A program made the position numbers and the translations under genes. Below, in pieces: positions 1-14,642 of a DNA stretch of 64,000 nt. Position 1 is the stretch's first letter. Each line of letters opens with the position of its first letter. The notes under the pieces were generated by a model, which saw nothing but the letters and a program-made list of their open reading frames with translations, was not told the DNA's origin and did no database searches. The stretch is from Eledone cirrhosa (taxonomy: Eukaryota), in assembly GCA_964016885.1 (NCBI GenBank), contig OZ024741.1, positions 38,626,001-38,690,000 of the forward strand, given 5' to 3'.

Positions 1-126
1 TTTACGTTCTGAGTTCAAATCCCGCCGAGGTTAACTTTGCCTTTCTTCCTTACGGGGTCGATAAAATAAAGTACCAGTAATGTACTGGGTAATTGCTGGC
101 CTTGTGCCTAAAAGTAGAAACAATTA
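1..126 (+). mobile_element. tRNA-derived SINE (octopus-type), cut by window edge
   Basis: B-box-like GAGTTCAAATCC then GAGGTTAACTTTGCCTTT..CCTTACGGGGTCGATAAAATAAAGTACCAG and 3' CTGGCCTTGTGCC..AAAGTAGAAACAATTA; more than 12 copies in the window. Confidence 0.8.
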
Positions 127-256
127 TCATTATCCCCATGATCGTCATCACCAGATCACCAGTGTCACCTTCATCGTCAATAAATCACCGCCATCAACAT
201 CATTATCACCACGACCACCATGACCACTGTTACCACCACTCCCATCATCATCAGCC

Positions 257-1647
257 AACTAACCAATCAATCAGTCAGTCAACCAGCCAACCAACCAGCC
301 AACCAAGCAACCAACCAACCAACCAGCCAGACAACCAACCAACCAACCACCCAACACACCAACCACCCAACCCACCAACTAACGAACCAGCCAACCAACG
401 AACCAACCCACCAACAAACCAACCAGCCAACCAACCAACCCACCAACCAACCAACCCACCAACCAACCAACCCACCAACCAAACAACCAACCAACCACCC
501 AACCCACCAACCAACCAACTACCCAACCCACCAACCAACCAACCAACTAACCAGCCAAACCAACCAACCAACCAGCCAACCAACCAACCAATCCACCAAC
601 CAACCAGCCAACCAACCACCCAACCCACCAACCAACCAACCAACCAACCAACCAACTAGCCAACCAGCCAACCAGCCAACCAACCAGCCAACCAACCAGC
701 CAACCAACCAACCAGCCAGCTAGCCAACCAACCAACCAACTAATCAACCAACCAACCAGCTAGCCAGCCAACCAACCAACCAAACAAACAAACAACCAAC
801 CAACCAACCAACCAGTCAGTCAACCAACTAACCAACCACCCAACCAACCAGCCAACCAACCAACCAACCAACCAACCAGCCAGCTAGCCACCAACCAACC
901 AACTAATCAACCAACCAACCAGCTAGCCAGCCAACCAACCAACCAAACAAACAAACAACCAACCAACCAACCAACCAGTCAGTCAACCAACTAACCAACC
1001 ACCCAACCAACCAGCCAACCAACCAGCCAACCAACCGGCCAGCCAACCAACCAACCAACCAGCCAACCAACCAACCAGCCAACCAACCACCCAACTAACC
1101 AACCAGCCAACCAACCAACCAACCAACCAGCCAACCAACCACCCAACCAACCATCCAGCCAGCGAACCAACCAGCCAACCAACCGGCCAGCCAACCAACC
1201 AACCAACCAACCAGCCAACCAACCACCCAACTAACCAACCACCTAACCAGCCAGCCAACCAACCAGCCAACCAACCGGCGAGCCAGCCAACCAACCAACC
1301 AACCAACCACCCAACCAACCACCCAACCAACCGGCCAGCCAACCAACCAACCAACCAACCACCCAACCAACCACCCAACCAACCGGCCAACCAACCGGCC
1401 AGCCAGCCAACCAACCAACCAACCAACCAACCACCCAACCAACCACACAACCAACCGGCCAACCAACCGGCCAGCCAGCCAACCAACCAACCAACCAACC
1501 ACCCAACCAACCACCCAACAAACCAGCCAACCAACCGGCCAGCCAGCCAACCAACCAACCAACCAACCACCCAACCAACCAGCCAACCAACCAGCCAACC
1601 AACCGGCCAGCCAGCCAACCAACCAACCAACCACCCAACCAACCAAC

Positions 1648-1679
<32 letters not shown>

Positions 1680-1739
1680 CAGCCAACCAACCGGCCAGCC
1701 AGCCAGCCAACCAACCAACCACCCACCCAACCAACCAAC

Positions 1740-1771
<32 letters not shown>

Positions 1772-1811
1772 CAGCCAACCAACCAACCAACCAACCACCC
1801 AACCAACCAAC

Positions 1812-1843
<32 letters not shown>

Positions 1844-1903
1844 CAGCCAACCAACCGGCCAGCCAGCCAGCCAACCAACCAACCAACCACCCAACCAACC
1901 AAC

Positions 1904-1935
<32 letters not shown>

Positions 1936-2030
1936 CAGCCAACCAACCAACCAACCAACCACCCAACCAACCAACCAACCACCCAACCAACCAACCAACC
2001 ACCCAACCAACCAGTCAGTCAACCAGTCAA
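257..2030. repeat. ~1.8 kb (AACC)n/(AGCC)n tetranucleotide array
   Basis: Seen directly; source of the NQPT and WLVG pseudo-ORFs. Confidence 0.97.
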
Positions 2031-2652
2031 TATCCAGCCACGTAACCAGTATATCCTCATTTTTCTTTCTGTACCTTACATGCCTAACGGATGTACGTCT
2101 TCTCACAATAGTCCCGTCATCGTCTTTGCTAAGACATAGAGAAGTTCAATGTAAATATTTATTACGTCAAATGTAAAGAGAAACTTTACTCCTAATGCAG
2201 CCAACTTTAAACCTCCCACTCACCAAGTCTCTATTATGACGTTGCATCATGCACTTCCTAGCTCACCCTCCCTCTAACAGTTTTCATAATCTGCAAAACA
2301 ATATATAGCAAACATTCTGTCTCTCTCTCTCTCTCTCTCCCTCTCTCTCCCTCTCCCCCCTCTCTCTCTCTCTCTTTCTCTCTCCCTTCTCCCCCCCCTC
2401 TCTCTCTCTCTCTCCCTTCTCTCTCCGCATCCATGTTTATCTATCTACACATACATTTATATATATATGTCTGTAAATATTTCATCATGATCGCACTCTC
2501 CCTCTCTGCTTTCATCTCAATCTCTACCACACTCTCCCTTTCACCCTCATTGCTCCCCCCACCACGCTCTATCTCTCTACATATACACACGCATGCGCTA
2601 GCACAGACAGACACACACACCCACCCACATATATATAATATATATATATATA

Positions 2653-2860
2653 TTAATTCGGGATGCTTGTTTACAAACAAACCGAGCATTATAATAAATG
2701 TTCGGTAAATCCATACGTACATATATATATGTGTGCATGTATGTATATATATATACATACTACTGTACGTCTGTATACATATATGTATGTACGTATACAT
2801 ACTTACATTTAAGTAACAGCCTTACTAAGATTGAGAAATGAAATTTCGTTTCATTTTTTC
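2653..2860 (+). mobile_element. Partial copy of HHR-bearing family C (no ribozyme in this fragment)
   Basis: Near-identical to 12100-12310 and 47471-47620; flanked by (TA)n. Confidence 0.8.
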
Positions 2861-2861
2861 C

Positions 2862-3485
<624 letters not shown>

Positions 3486-3495
3486 TATATATATA

Positions 3496-3591
3496 TGGAG
3501 TACTCTGTTATATATATATATATGGAGTACTCTGTTATATATATATATATATATGGAGTACTCTGCTGAATAATGGTCTTACTAATTTAAA

Positions 3592-3641
<50 letters not shown>

Positions 3642-3770
3642 CATAGGTCAGTTTAAACTAGTAAGACCATTATTCAGCAGAGTACTCAATACTTGGAATA
3701 GTATGACTGTAAATATAATAAAGAATCAGGGCCCAACGGCAAGAGCTCAGCCGTCGGGTTTCGACTCTGC
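3496..3770. mobile_element. Diverged family J fragments, tail-to-tail around (TA)n
   Basis: 3556-3595 inverted against 3648-3687; GGAGTACTCTG stuttered three times; homologous to 54765-54950. Confidence 0.6.
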
Positions 3771-4614
3771 TATATATGTAGAGAGAGATGCAGCTTTTCA
3801 AAGGTGCAGTCGATTACATAACAATAATATAGTTTGTATTAATTGATTCCTTGTGTTGAAGAAAAGGTAATACAGAATTATGTCTTTTGCATGTGCAGTC
3901 AGTAAACTCTTTGTGGGTGCAGTGGTTGCATTGGAAAATATTTTGGAAACTTCCCTGCATCTAACCATTGTTCAGATCTTAAGTATTTTCAAACAATTCA
4001 ACCTCCTTCCGTTCTGAGTTTAAATTCCACCGTTTTCAACTTTGTCTTCAATCCTTCCGTGGTAAATGAAATAAGGCAACTGTCAACTACTAAGGGCCAT
4101 GAAATCATAGCTTCCCTCCTACTTCAAACTGCTGGTTTTGTATCTATGTTAGAAAGCGTTTTAAAGCAGTAGATTAGCAAAACCATTAGAGTACATACAA
4201 AATGGCTTCTGGTATTTCTTCTGGTTGTTTTTGTGCTGGATACAAATCCTGCCGAATTCATCGTGGCCTTTCATTCCTCCGAGATCGATAAAATAAACAG
4301 ACAGTCATGTACTGGAGTCGATTTAATCGATTTACCCATCACTATAATTTACTGGTAATATGTTTAAATAAGAAACCAGTATTCTCAAATAATATCCATT
4401 TTTCATCACTAATAAAGATATATGACGTTTGGTCCCGTAATTCCCGAGGGAGTCACAGAGGAGTCACATTGACACACAGTGTTTGTTTCTAGGGCATTTT
4501 AAAAACTGGTGTAGCCCATCTCTTCTTCAGGTTTGAATACAGCAGATTTCTTTCAGAGTGAGAGAGTGTGAGAGAAACTAATTGAGAAAGAAACATAGAG
4601 GAAGAAACGACTCC

Positions 4615-5160
4615 AGTTATAGACTGGTACTTTTTTATCGACCTAAAATGGATGAAAGCAAAGTTGAACTCTGCGGGATTTGAACTCAGAGAGCAGAGAG
4701 TCGTAACTAATACCGCAAAGCATTTTATTCGAGGTCCTAACTACTCTGCCAATTCACCACCTACTAATAATTGTTTCTACTTTTGGCACAAGGCCAGCAA
4801 TTATCCCAGTGTATTACTGGTACTTTATTTTATCGACCCCGTAAGGATGAAAGGCAAAGTTAACCTCGGCGGGATTTGAACTAAGACCATAAAGGGCCGT
4901 AACTCTTTGCCGCTACTGCCAATCCACCGCTAATAATGATTTCTTATATAGGCACAAGGCTTGCAATTTTTGGGGGGAGGAGAAAGTCGATTAAATTGAC
5001 CCCAATGCGTGATTGGTACTTTATTTTATCGACCACGTAAGGATAAAAGACAAAGTTAACCTCGCCGGGATTTGAGCTCAAATGATAAAGGGCCATAGCT
5101 CTATGCTGCAAAGCATGGCGTCTGACCCTCTACTGATACTGTCAATCCACCGCCGCCTAC
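4615..5160 (-). mobile_element. Cluster of three SINE copies
   Basis: Repeated CTGGTACTTTATTTTATCGACCCC..AAGGATGAAAGGCAAAGTTAACCTCGGCGGGATTTGAACT. Confidence 0.8.
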
Positions 5161-5880
5161 TAATAATGGTAGAAATAAAAAAAAGAGAGAGGCCCACGGA
5201 TTATTAACACAGAATGTATCTCCCGGTGCTGCAAGTTCTAATATTCAGTCAATTCGGGTGAATCCCATTTATCCCTCTTCACTTACCACTGGTACACAAA
5301 CAGTAATCAGTCATAAGAAATATTGTCAATTCTGCAGTATGTTGTCAAACACTTCATGAGGAGTGTCTTCCCACCAATATTCCTATGACAGACATTAGTT
5401 TTCCTCATGGCTCACCCTAAAGAATCTCATTCCCGGACCGAAATTTCAGAAATTCACGCAGCACCCTTGAAAGATAAGCAAAACTGTCTCCAAATGCCAA
5501 ATTAATATTTTTAATGGCTTCAATTACGTCAAAACGTCATGCGCAGTATGTTTGTGTGTGCATAGGTGTGTGAATATATGCGTAAGTTTGTGTATGTATG
5601 TGTGTATGTACGTATCTATGCATTTGTGTGTATGTATGTGCGCGTCTATGCATCTGTGTGTATGTATGTGCGCGTCTATGCATCTGTGTGTGTGTATGTG
5701 CGAGTCTGTGCATCTGTGTGTATGTATGTGCGAGTCTGTGTGTGCATATATGCCCCTGTCTAGATTTGTTGCGTGGTCGGAGATAGGATATGTGAAAGGT
5801 GTAGAAAGGGAGAGATGATAAAGATGGAAGAACGAGAGAAAACAGAGGAAAGATGAGATATGTATAAAGAGTTAGAGAAC

Positions 5881-5924
<44 letters not shown>

Positions 5925-5930
<6 letters not shown>

Positions 5931-6860
5931 CACGCATACACACACACGCACGCACTCACAAACACACACATATACACGCATACACACACACGCACGCACT
6001 CACAAACACACACATATGCACACATACACACACACGCACGCACTCACAAACACACACATATGCACACATACACACACACGCACGCACTCACAAACACACA
6101 CATATGCACACATACACACACACGCACGCACTCACAAACACACACATATACACGCATACACACACACACACGCACGCACTCACAAACACACACATATGCA
6201 CACATACACACACACGCACGCACTCACAAACACACACATATGCACACATACACACACACGCACGCACTCACAAACACACACATATGCACACATACACACA
6301 CACGCACGCACTCACAAACACACACATATGCACACATACACACACGCACGCACTCACAAACACACACATATGCACACATACACACACACGCACTCACAAT
6401 AACACACATATGCACATATACACACACACACACGCACTCACAAACACACACATATGCACACATACACACACACGCACTCACAAACACACACATATGCACA
6501 CAAACACACACACGCACGCACTCACATACACACACATATGCACACATACACACACACGCACGCACTCACAAACACACACATATGCACACATGCACACACA
6601 CGCACGCACTCACAAACACACACATATGCACACATACACACACACGCACGCACTCACAAACACACACATATGCACACATGCACACACACGCACGCACTCA
6701 CAAACACACACATATGCACACATGCACACACACGCACGCACTCACAAACACATAGATATATACACATACACACACACACACACGCGCGCACTCACTCAAA
6801 AACACACACATATGCACACATACACAGACGCACACACTCACAAATACACACAAACGCGCG
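5925..6860. repeat. ~44-bp CA-rich minisatellite
   Basis: About 20 tandem units of cacatatgcacacatacacacacacgcacgcactcacaaacaca. Confidence 0.95.
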
Positions 6861-7082
6861 TATGTGTGTGTGAGAGAGAGAAAGAGAGAGAATGTCTGGC
6901 GACTCTATCTCTTTGTTCTGCTATTTACTCAGTCGTCCTCCTCTATCTGTGTCACTCGAACCCTCTCTCTTCATTCCTTTCTAAACCTATCATCCCTCAT
7001 GTTTTATGTAAACATTTTATACCCATCCATCATCGCCGCAACATTAACGAAAATTATTCAGTTTAAGTTTAGCAACGGGTAT

Positions 7083-7762
7083 TGCATCTCCTGTTACATC
7101 TACTGTTACATCTGCTGTTACATCTGATGTAACATCTCCTGTAACATCACCTGTTACATCTCCTGTTACATCTACTGTTACATCTCCTGTTACATCTTCT
7201 GTTTCATCTACTGCTATGTCTACTATTACATCTATTGTTACATCTACTGTTACATCTACTGTTACATCTAATGTTACATCTACTGTTATATCTCCTGTTA
7301 CATCTCCTGTTACATCTACTGTTACATCTACTGTTAATCTACTGTTACATCTCCTGTTACATATCCTGTTACATCTATTGTTACATCTACTGTTACATCT
7401 ACTGTTACATCTATTGTTACATCTGCTGTTACATCTATTGTTACAACTCCTCTTAAATCTCCTGTTACATCTACTATTACATCTACTGTTACAACTACTG
7501 TTACACCTACTGTTACATCTAATGTAACATCACCTGTTACATCTCCTGTTACATCTGCTGTTACATTTCCTGTTACATCTATTGTTACATCTACTGTTAC
7601 ATCTACTGTTACATCTACTGTTACATCTGTTAATCTACTGTTACATCTGTTACATCTACTGTTACATCTACTGTTACATCTACTGTTACATCTCATGTTA
7701 CTTCTACTGTTACAACTCCTGTTACATCTAATATTATATCTACTGTTACATCTACTGTTACC
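7083..7762. repeat. 12-bp minisatellite (GTTACATCTACT)n
   Basis: Seen directly. Confidence 0.95.
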
Positions 7763-7799
7763 ATCTTATTAAATACCTTACACTTTCATCAGATCTGTT

Positions 7800-8290
7800 G
7801 TTGTTACACAGCTACTGCATTTGGTGTTACACACTCATTGCATCTTTTAACTCTGCCATTACATCTTCTATCACAAGTCACTACGTCTTGTGACACAATG
7901 TCGCTGCATTTTGTGTCACATTGCAATTGCATCTCATGTTACACTGCTACTGCATCATATATCACAATGCCGCTTCATCTTGTGTCACATTGTCACTGCA
8001 TCTTGTGTCACACTGTCACTACATCCTGTAACACATTGTCACTGTACGTTGTGTGACATTGTCACTGCATCTCGTGTCACATTGTCACTGCATCTCCTTA
8101 CAAACTGTCACTGCATCTCATGTTACAATGTCACTGCGCCTTGTGTCACTCTGCCGCAGCATCTCGTGACACATTGTCACTGCATCTCCTTACACACTGT
8201 CATTGCATCTCGTGTTACAATGTCACTGTGCCTTGTGTCACACTGCCGCAGCATCTTGTGTCACATTGTCACTGCACCTTGTGACGCACT
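7800..8290. repeat. Degenerate ~21-23 bp minisatellite (TGTCACTGCATCTTGTGTCACAC)
   Basis: Seen directly; contiguous with the 12-mer array. Confidence 0.85.
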
Positions 8291-8664
8291 TCCATAGTTC
8301 CTCTATGTAGAATTTATTGATGTAAGAGTTGTTTGGGCGCCGCGTTAAAAATGCTTCGGTATAAATATGCTTCACTGGCTCTGAGTTCAGTACTGGGATT
8401 TATTCTCTTCTCTTTATTTCTCTGGAAGAAATCGATTGTGTTCTGACCAGGGTAGTGATGGACTTCACTACGATTTTAAAATAGCCAAGATACGCAATGT
8501 CAAAAAGGCGTCCCTACGACTCAATCAGGAGTTAATAGTCCATTTAAAATACATTTGTGTATCTGAGGTTTCAGTTCTGTTACATAAAATGGAAAGAAAG
8601 GAAAGTAGCCAATCAACAGATCGGTCTAAAGAAACTGTCTCCATTGGTATTTCCATTGCTAATA

Positions 8665-8846
8665 CGAGGGTTGCCTGAAAAGTTCATAAGCTCACCAAGA
8701 TACTCTCATGGAATGACCAAATGAGGTTCATTTTTCAACATAGTTCCTGAAAAGAAACAATGCAGTTATTAGTAAGAAGAGTTGAAATTAATACATGCAA
8801 GATTTCACAGCTGTAGCATCACTCTTTCATAGTTAACCCACCCTCG
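8665..8846. mobile_element. Mariner-type MITE
   Basis: TA|CGAGGGT ... ACCCTCG|TA termini with TA duplication. Confidence 0.5.
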
Positions 8847-9747
8847 TACTATCTGTCAATTATTACTCTTGGTATTGATTTCAACTTAGAACGCACAGAG
8901 TTAGAGCCAATACCGTAAATATTTCCCTCCGACACTAACTTTACCGCCCATCTACCGCCTCTAAACTGTGACTTTATTTATCGACACCGAAAAGATAAAA
9001 GGCACATTTCACCTTAGTGAAATTTGAACTCAGAATCACACAGAGCTGAAATAAATACCGTTGTTTTAATGAGAAGATCCAATGACTCAGCCGGCTTACC
9101 GCTTTTCAGCACACGAAAATAGTTAGAAATTCTGCTGCATCAAAAGTGCTAATAAAATTTTCCAAGAGCAAGAACATTTTAGTTATTCTGGTTCAACATC
9201 TCACAACCACAACTTTGTTCTGCTCCAAACACTTCCAACTTCTCTTCGCTCTCATATACCCCCTGCAGAGTTGCTGCCTTTCGGAATGATTGTTCTACTA
9301 ATGTAATATCAACACCTTCCACTATTCTTGACTCAGCCGAACTCCAAACACTGTTTAACTCTAAGTTGATGTTATCCATCACCACATATCCTAAAAAAAA
9401 ACAACCATTAGAAGGCAAAAGAGATATTCGTGCATATTACAGTCTGCCAGCTCTTGCGACTCATACATTGCATCTGATCTTCTGGCTTGTTGCCAAGATA
9501 GACTCTACCAATTATTCTGAATTATTCAGCAAGCCTCAACTATAGTGGCTTTATTAACAGCACTAGATCTGCCGATCTGTTTGTTTTCAACTTCACATCC
9601 AATAAAACTCTTCCCTTCCACCAGATAAACTACAACTTACACACTCTCACCAAGTACAAAAACTCCGTTTGATCCGACATACACGTTGACCGGCTTTCAT
9701 AAAGTCCCTATTATTGATCTCAAACAAAACGGAAATTCTCTTCTACA

Positions 9748-10320
<573 letters not shown>

Positions 10321-11032
10321 AAGCTTTATTTGAATTCATCTCTCAATCGCTATCTGAATCTCATCACCTAACAGAGCAAAGATTATGACCCTGTCAACAT
10401 ATTGTTCTTCCATCCAACATTACCAAGGTGACAGATTCAGATTTTAACAATCCTTCGTCATTAGCTTTAATAATTGACAGAAAAATTTAAACCCACCGGA
10501 GACATCTATATTAGTCAATAGTCATTACCCGCCCTTGAGAATTACGACAAGCACCATATCGTTCTTTCCTCTATCCCTGACTACTGCTGCATCGCAACTC
10601 CCATATTCTCTCTGAGCCTTCCATTCTCTCCCCAGCTGATACCACTGGCGTCCCCAAGGCAGCTGATATTTGTTTTACAGATGTTTAAAAGTAAAGAGGT
10701 GGATCGTCAGAGCAGGCCAAATAAACTATATTTCCCTTAATCTTTCCATTGTTGATATTATCAATCAGCCAACTGCTGGCATAAATCGTCACCCTTTTTC
10801 GAAGGTAGAATTTGAACGCAAAACACACAGACCCGGAACAGATACCGTAAAGCATCCCACCCTAAGTTTTAACAATTAATTCCACCAATTTACCACTGCA
10901 GCTACTTTACTAATCAACACAGTAAGGATCAAATATACAAAGTTGTCATCGGTGACGAGATTTGAACTCGGAGATCAGAGCGAGAGAAGCATGACATATA
11001 ATCTGAGGCTCAAAATAATTCACCGCCTAGAT

Positions 11033-11393
11033 CAGGGGTTACCAACCTTTTTTGAGTCATGCCCCTTTTTCACATAGAAAACATTTTCACTGACCACCAA
11101 TATTGTAAATATTCAAACCATACAAAAACTGTTAGGTAAAAGTCTGTTACTGGTTCGTTATTCCCCCTTTGCCTCCTTTTGTGTTCTTTTTCTTTTTGTA
11201 CAAGTTCTTAGCATATCTTCTTTGAATATATTTTATCGGGTAGCACATTCTGAAATACCTTCTTAATACCCAAAATCCTATATCGTCCACCAACATTTCC
11301 AATCGTCCTCTATTTTCTGTCAAGTTGCTCATCGCCCACCCAACAGGTATTACTGCCCAGCGGTGGGCGATATAGCCAAGTTGGGAAACCCTA
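11033..11393. mobile_element. hAT (Charlie-like) MITE
   Basis: TIRs CAGGGGTTACCAAC and GTTGGGAAACCCT; 8-bp TSD GCCTAGAT (11025-11032) vs GTCTAGAT (11394-11401). Confidence 0.7.
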
Positions 11394-11624
11394 GTCTAGA
11401 TGATTAAATTGAACATTAATTGTATTAAATCAATTAGTCTAGGAATTGTTTCAACGATTACGGGCATCGTCTCTTCTTCTCTAATATTAAAGAAACATAT
11501 TTACATTTCATGGTTCTAATTTACAGCTCATATTTAGAAAGAAATTTGTAAATATTACATTCAAAATTTCTTTATAATTGTCATGGATATACTCGAGATA
11601 CTTATCTAATATATATATATATAT

Positions 11625-12309
11625 AAATGATAAACGGAAAAAAATGAAATGAAATGAAATTTCCCACTCTTAGTACGGCTGTTACTTAAATATACGTATG
11701 TACACGTATGTACACGTACAAGTATGTACACGTGAATCCATACGACCATATATATATGTGTGCATGTATGTATATATATATACATACTAGTGTACGTCTG
11801 TATACATATATGTATGTACGTGTACATACTTATATTTAAGTAACAGCCGTACTAAGAGTGGGAAATGAAATTTCGTTTCATTTTTTTCCGTTTATCGTTT
11901 TCGGTGCACCCGGAGGATTAACCCACTCGATATGCAAATTGGCTACTCAGCCGTTAATATGCATAAGGTAAGTATATACGTTCAACATTCTGGCAGGAAG
12001 GTATACGTTGCTGACGATAGCTAATAAGCTTGAAACTAGTACAGCGTTCCTTTGTCAGTGTTGAACAAACGAGCAACAATGGTTGCTAGACACTACGGCT
12101 TAATACGGGATGTTTGTTTACAAACACACCGAGCATTATAATAAATGTTCGGTGAATCCATACGTACATATATATATGTGTGCATGTATGTATATATATA
12201 TCCATACTACTGTACGTCTGTATACATATATGTATGTACGTGTACATACTTATATTTAAATAACAGCCGTACTAAGAGTGGGAAATGAAATTTCGTTTCA
12301 TTTTTTTCC

Positions 12310-12314
<5 letters not shown>
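11625..12314 (+). mobile_element. ORF-less HHR-bearing family C: inverted arm plus ~1.4 tandem units of a 420-nt monomer
   Basis: GTGAATCCATACG at 11732 and 12152 (period 420); 11625-11715 is the inverted 3' segment; (TA)n both sides. Confidence 0.85.
12005..12047 (+). ncRNA. Type I hammerhead ribozyme, family C, intact core
   Basis: acgttg-CTGACGA-tAGCTaataAGCTt-GAAA-CTAG-TA-cagcgt: 6-bp stem I, palindromic helix III ACTAGT, GUA site; flanks ttcaaca..ctggca / tgtcag..tgttgaa extend stem I. Confidence 0.85.
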
Positions 12315-12394
<80 letters not shown>

Positions 12395-12714
12395 TGTATG
12401 CATATATGTATATATGTATGAATGTATATATATATATATATATGTGTGTATATATATTTATCTATGTATCCATGCATGTATGAATATATATATATATGTA
12501 TTATACATTCATCCATTAGAGAAATTTGTATAAACAAATTTGTATGAATATTTATAAAAGTAAGACATAAATGTATGTGTGTATGTAAGTACGTATGTCT
12601 ACTCAAAGATATACGTCTCCTGAAATACCGTTCAATGTAAAATTATTATCTGTGGTATATAGAAGAAGTGTACTATCAGATCAGGAATGCTTGAAGAAAA
12701 GTTTTGTGTGAACC

Positions 12715-12763
<49 letters not shown>

Positions 12764-12788
12764 AAAGCTGCAATTCTTATTGTCACTT

Positions 12789-12980
<192 letters not shown>

Positions 12981-13334
12981 AAGACTATGTATAAAAAAAT
13001 AACTTCAGTCTGTGGGAAATTATTTAACATAATATGACATTCTCCTTCTTTACCGTTAATATTAGATTTTCTTTGTCATATTCTATAAGAAGTCTGCAAA
13101 AGTCATAATAGTGACAACAACTATAAGACTTCTAAAAATCAATTACACATGATCAATATTATATACAGCTTTGAATGTTAGGAAGAAAATTGAATACTTT
13201 ACTTAAACAAATTCAACAAAAGATGCACTAAACTGTTGTAATTACACTATATTCTCTGCACCTACTTAAACTATACATGTGATAGAGATGGTATTGTTGT
13301 TGTTGTTATTGTTGTTACTGTTGTATATGACAAA

Positions 13335-13525
13335 GCAGTGGATTGGCAGTATCGGTAGAATGTCGGACGCTATACTTTGCAGCACAGAGTTACGCCCCTT
13401 TATGATCTGAGTTCAAATCCCGCCAAGGTTAACTTTGCCTTTCATCCTTACGGGGTCGATAAAATCAAGTACCAGTAATGCGCTGGGTAATTGCTGGCCT
13501 TGTGCCAAAAGTAGAAACAATTATT
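13335..13525 (+). mobile_element. tRNA-derived SINE, near full length
   Basis: GTGGATTGGCAGTATCGGTAGA head, GAGTTCAAATCC box and family body. Confidence 0.8.
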
Positions 13526-14031
13526 ATCAATAAGAAACAACATATGGACGCTCTCATACACACACACAGATACATACACACATATATACTCACATACGTA
13601 GACACACATACATACACACATATATACTCACATACGTACACACACATACATACACACATATATACTCACATACGTACACACACATATATACACAATGTAT
13701 TCACTGCTATCATGTACACATCAGGCGCAGGGTATGTCTGTGTCGTTAAGGAGTTCTTCGTAGCAGCCCCGGAAAAATGTTTTCTAGTTTAACCGCAGTT
13801 TAAATAATGAGTTGTTGGTGAAGTTTTCTAAGCGAAACTGTCGTGTCTGAGGATTCTGGGAGTGTATAGGTGAAACTCCAGAGTAACAAGCCTTACTTAA
13901 CCATAAAACCGTTACAATATCATGGAAGCAACAGGCCATTCCCAAATCAGAATCGGACTTCTATTTTCTATTATCTATTCTTTGTTTGCGTTCACCAAAA
14001 TTCTGTTCTTTATATAACTAATTCTGAAATT

Positions 14032-14107
14032 AACACCTGATGAAATCACCTCAGTCCTGCATCATATACGGATGAGGAAGTTTGGTCATTGAAATTTGTA
14101 TAGTGTT
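14032..14107 (+). ncRNA. Type I hammerhead motif with expanded stem II
   Basis: aacac-CTGATGA-AAT[41 nt]ATT-GAAA-TttgtA-TA-gtgtt; 5-bp stem I, AUA site. Confidence 0.65.
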
Positions 14108-14642
14108 TTCGTAGAATTAAAAACTATGAAGTTTACAGTCCGGCTTTTTATTGTTTATAATGAATGTGTATATAGATTGTGACATGAAAGGACTTGTTTT
14201 TTTTATCTCTAAACATTTTTGGTTCGTTTCTGCCACTGGCCGTCTTCATACATACATTGGTGACTTTTACTCACCCGTAACTGAGACAAAAATAGACTAA
14301 AGCCTAAATGGTTTTTGCGTATGAAACATCGGGTGGGGATGCTCATTTGCATATAGTTCAAATTTGACAAGCTAGAGGTAATTAAAAGTGGTACTAACAG
14401 CGTGTTTCACCATAGGGGTGTCTAGGAAAACATATACGATATGTTTATGTATGATAAACATACGAGATACTCGGTATGAATTTTCTTGCAATTGAGACAA
14501 AAATAGGTTAAAGCCTCTATGGGCGTACACACTCACACGCACACACCCGCATACACACACATATATATATATATAAATATGTGTGTATATATATATTTAT
14601 ATCTATATCTACATCTATCTCTCTCTCTCTATGTATATATAT

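Noticed and set aside
1-126. tRNA gene
   Set aside because: Only the B-box-like SINE head is present; no cloverleaf
257-2030. Telomeric repeat
   Set aside because: Unit is AACC/AGCC, not TTAGGG-like
93-2106. Long NQPT and WLVG ORFs
   Set aside because: Translations of the (AACC)n array, which is open in several frames
5537-8297. His/Thr-, Cys/Val- and Leu/His-rich ORFs
   Set aside because: Micro- and minisatellite translations; the same applies to all YIYI, HTHT and SLSL ORFs in the window
9180-9700. Possible old LINE fragment or host exon
   Set aside because: No recognisable motif in any frame by eye
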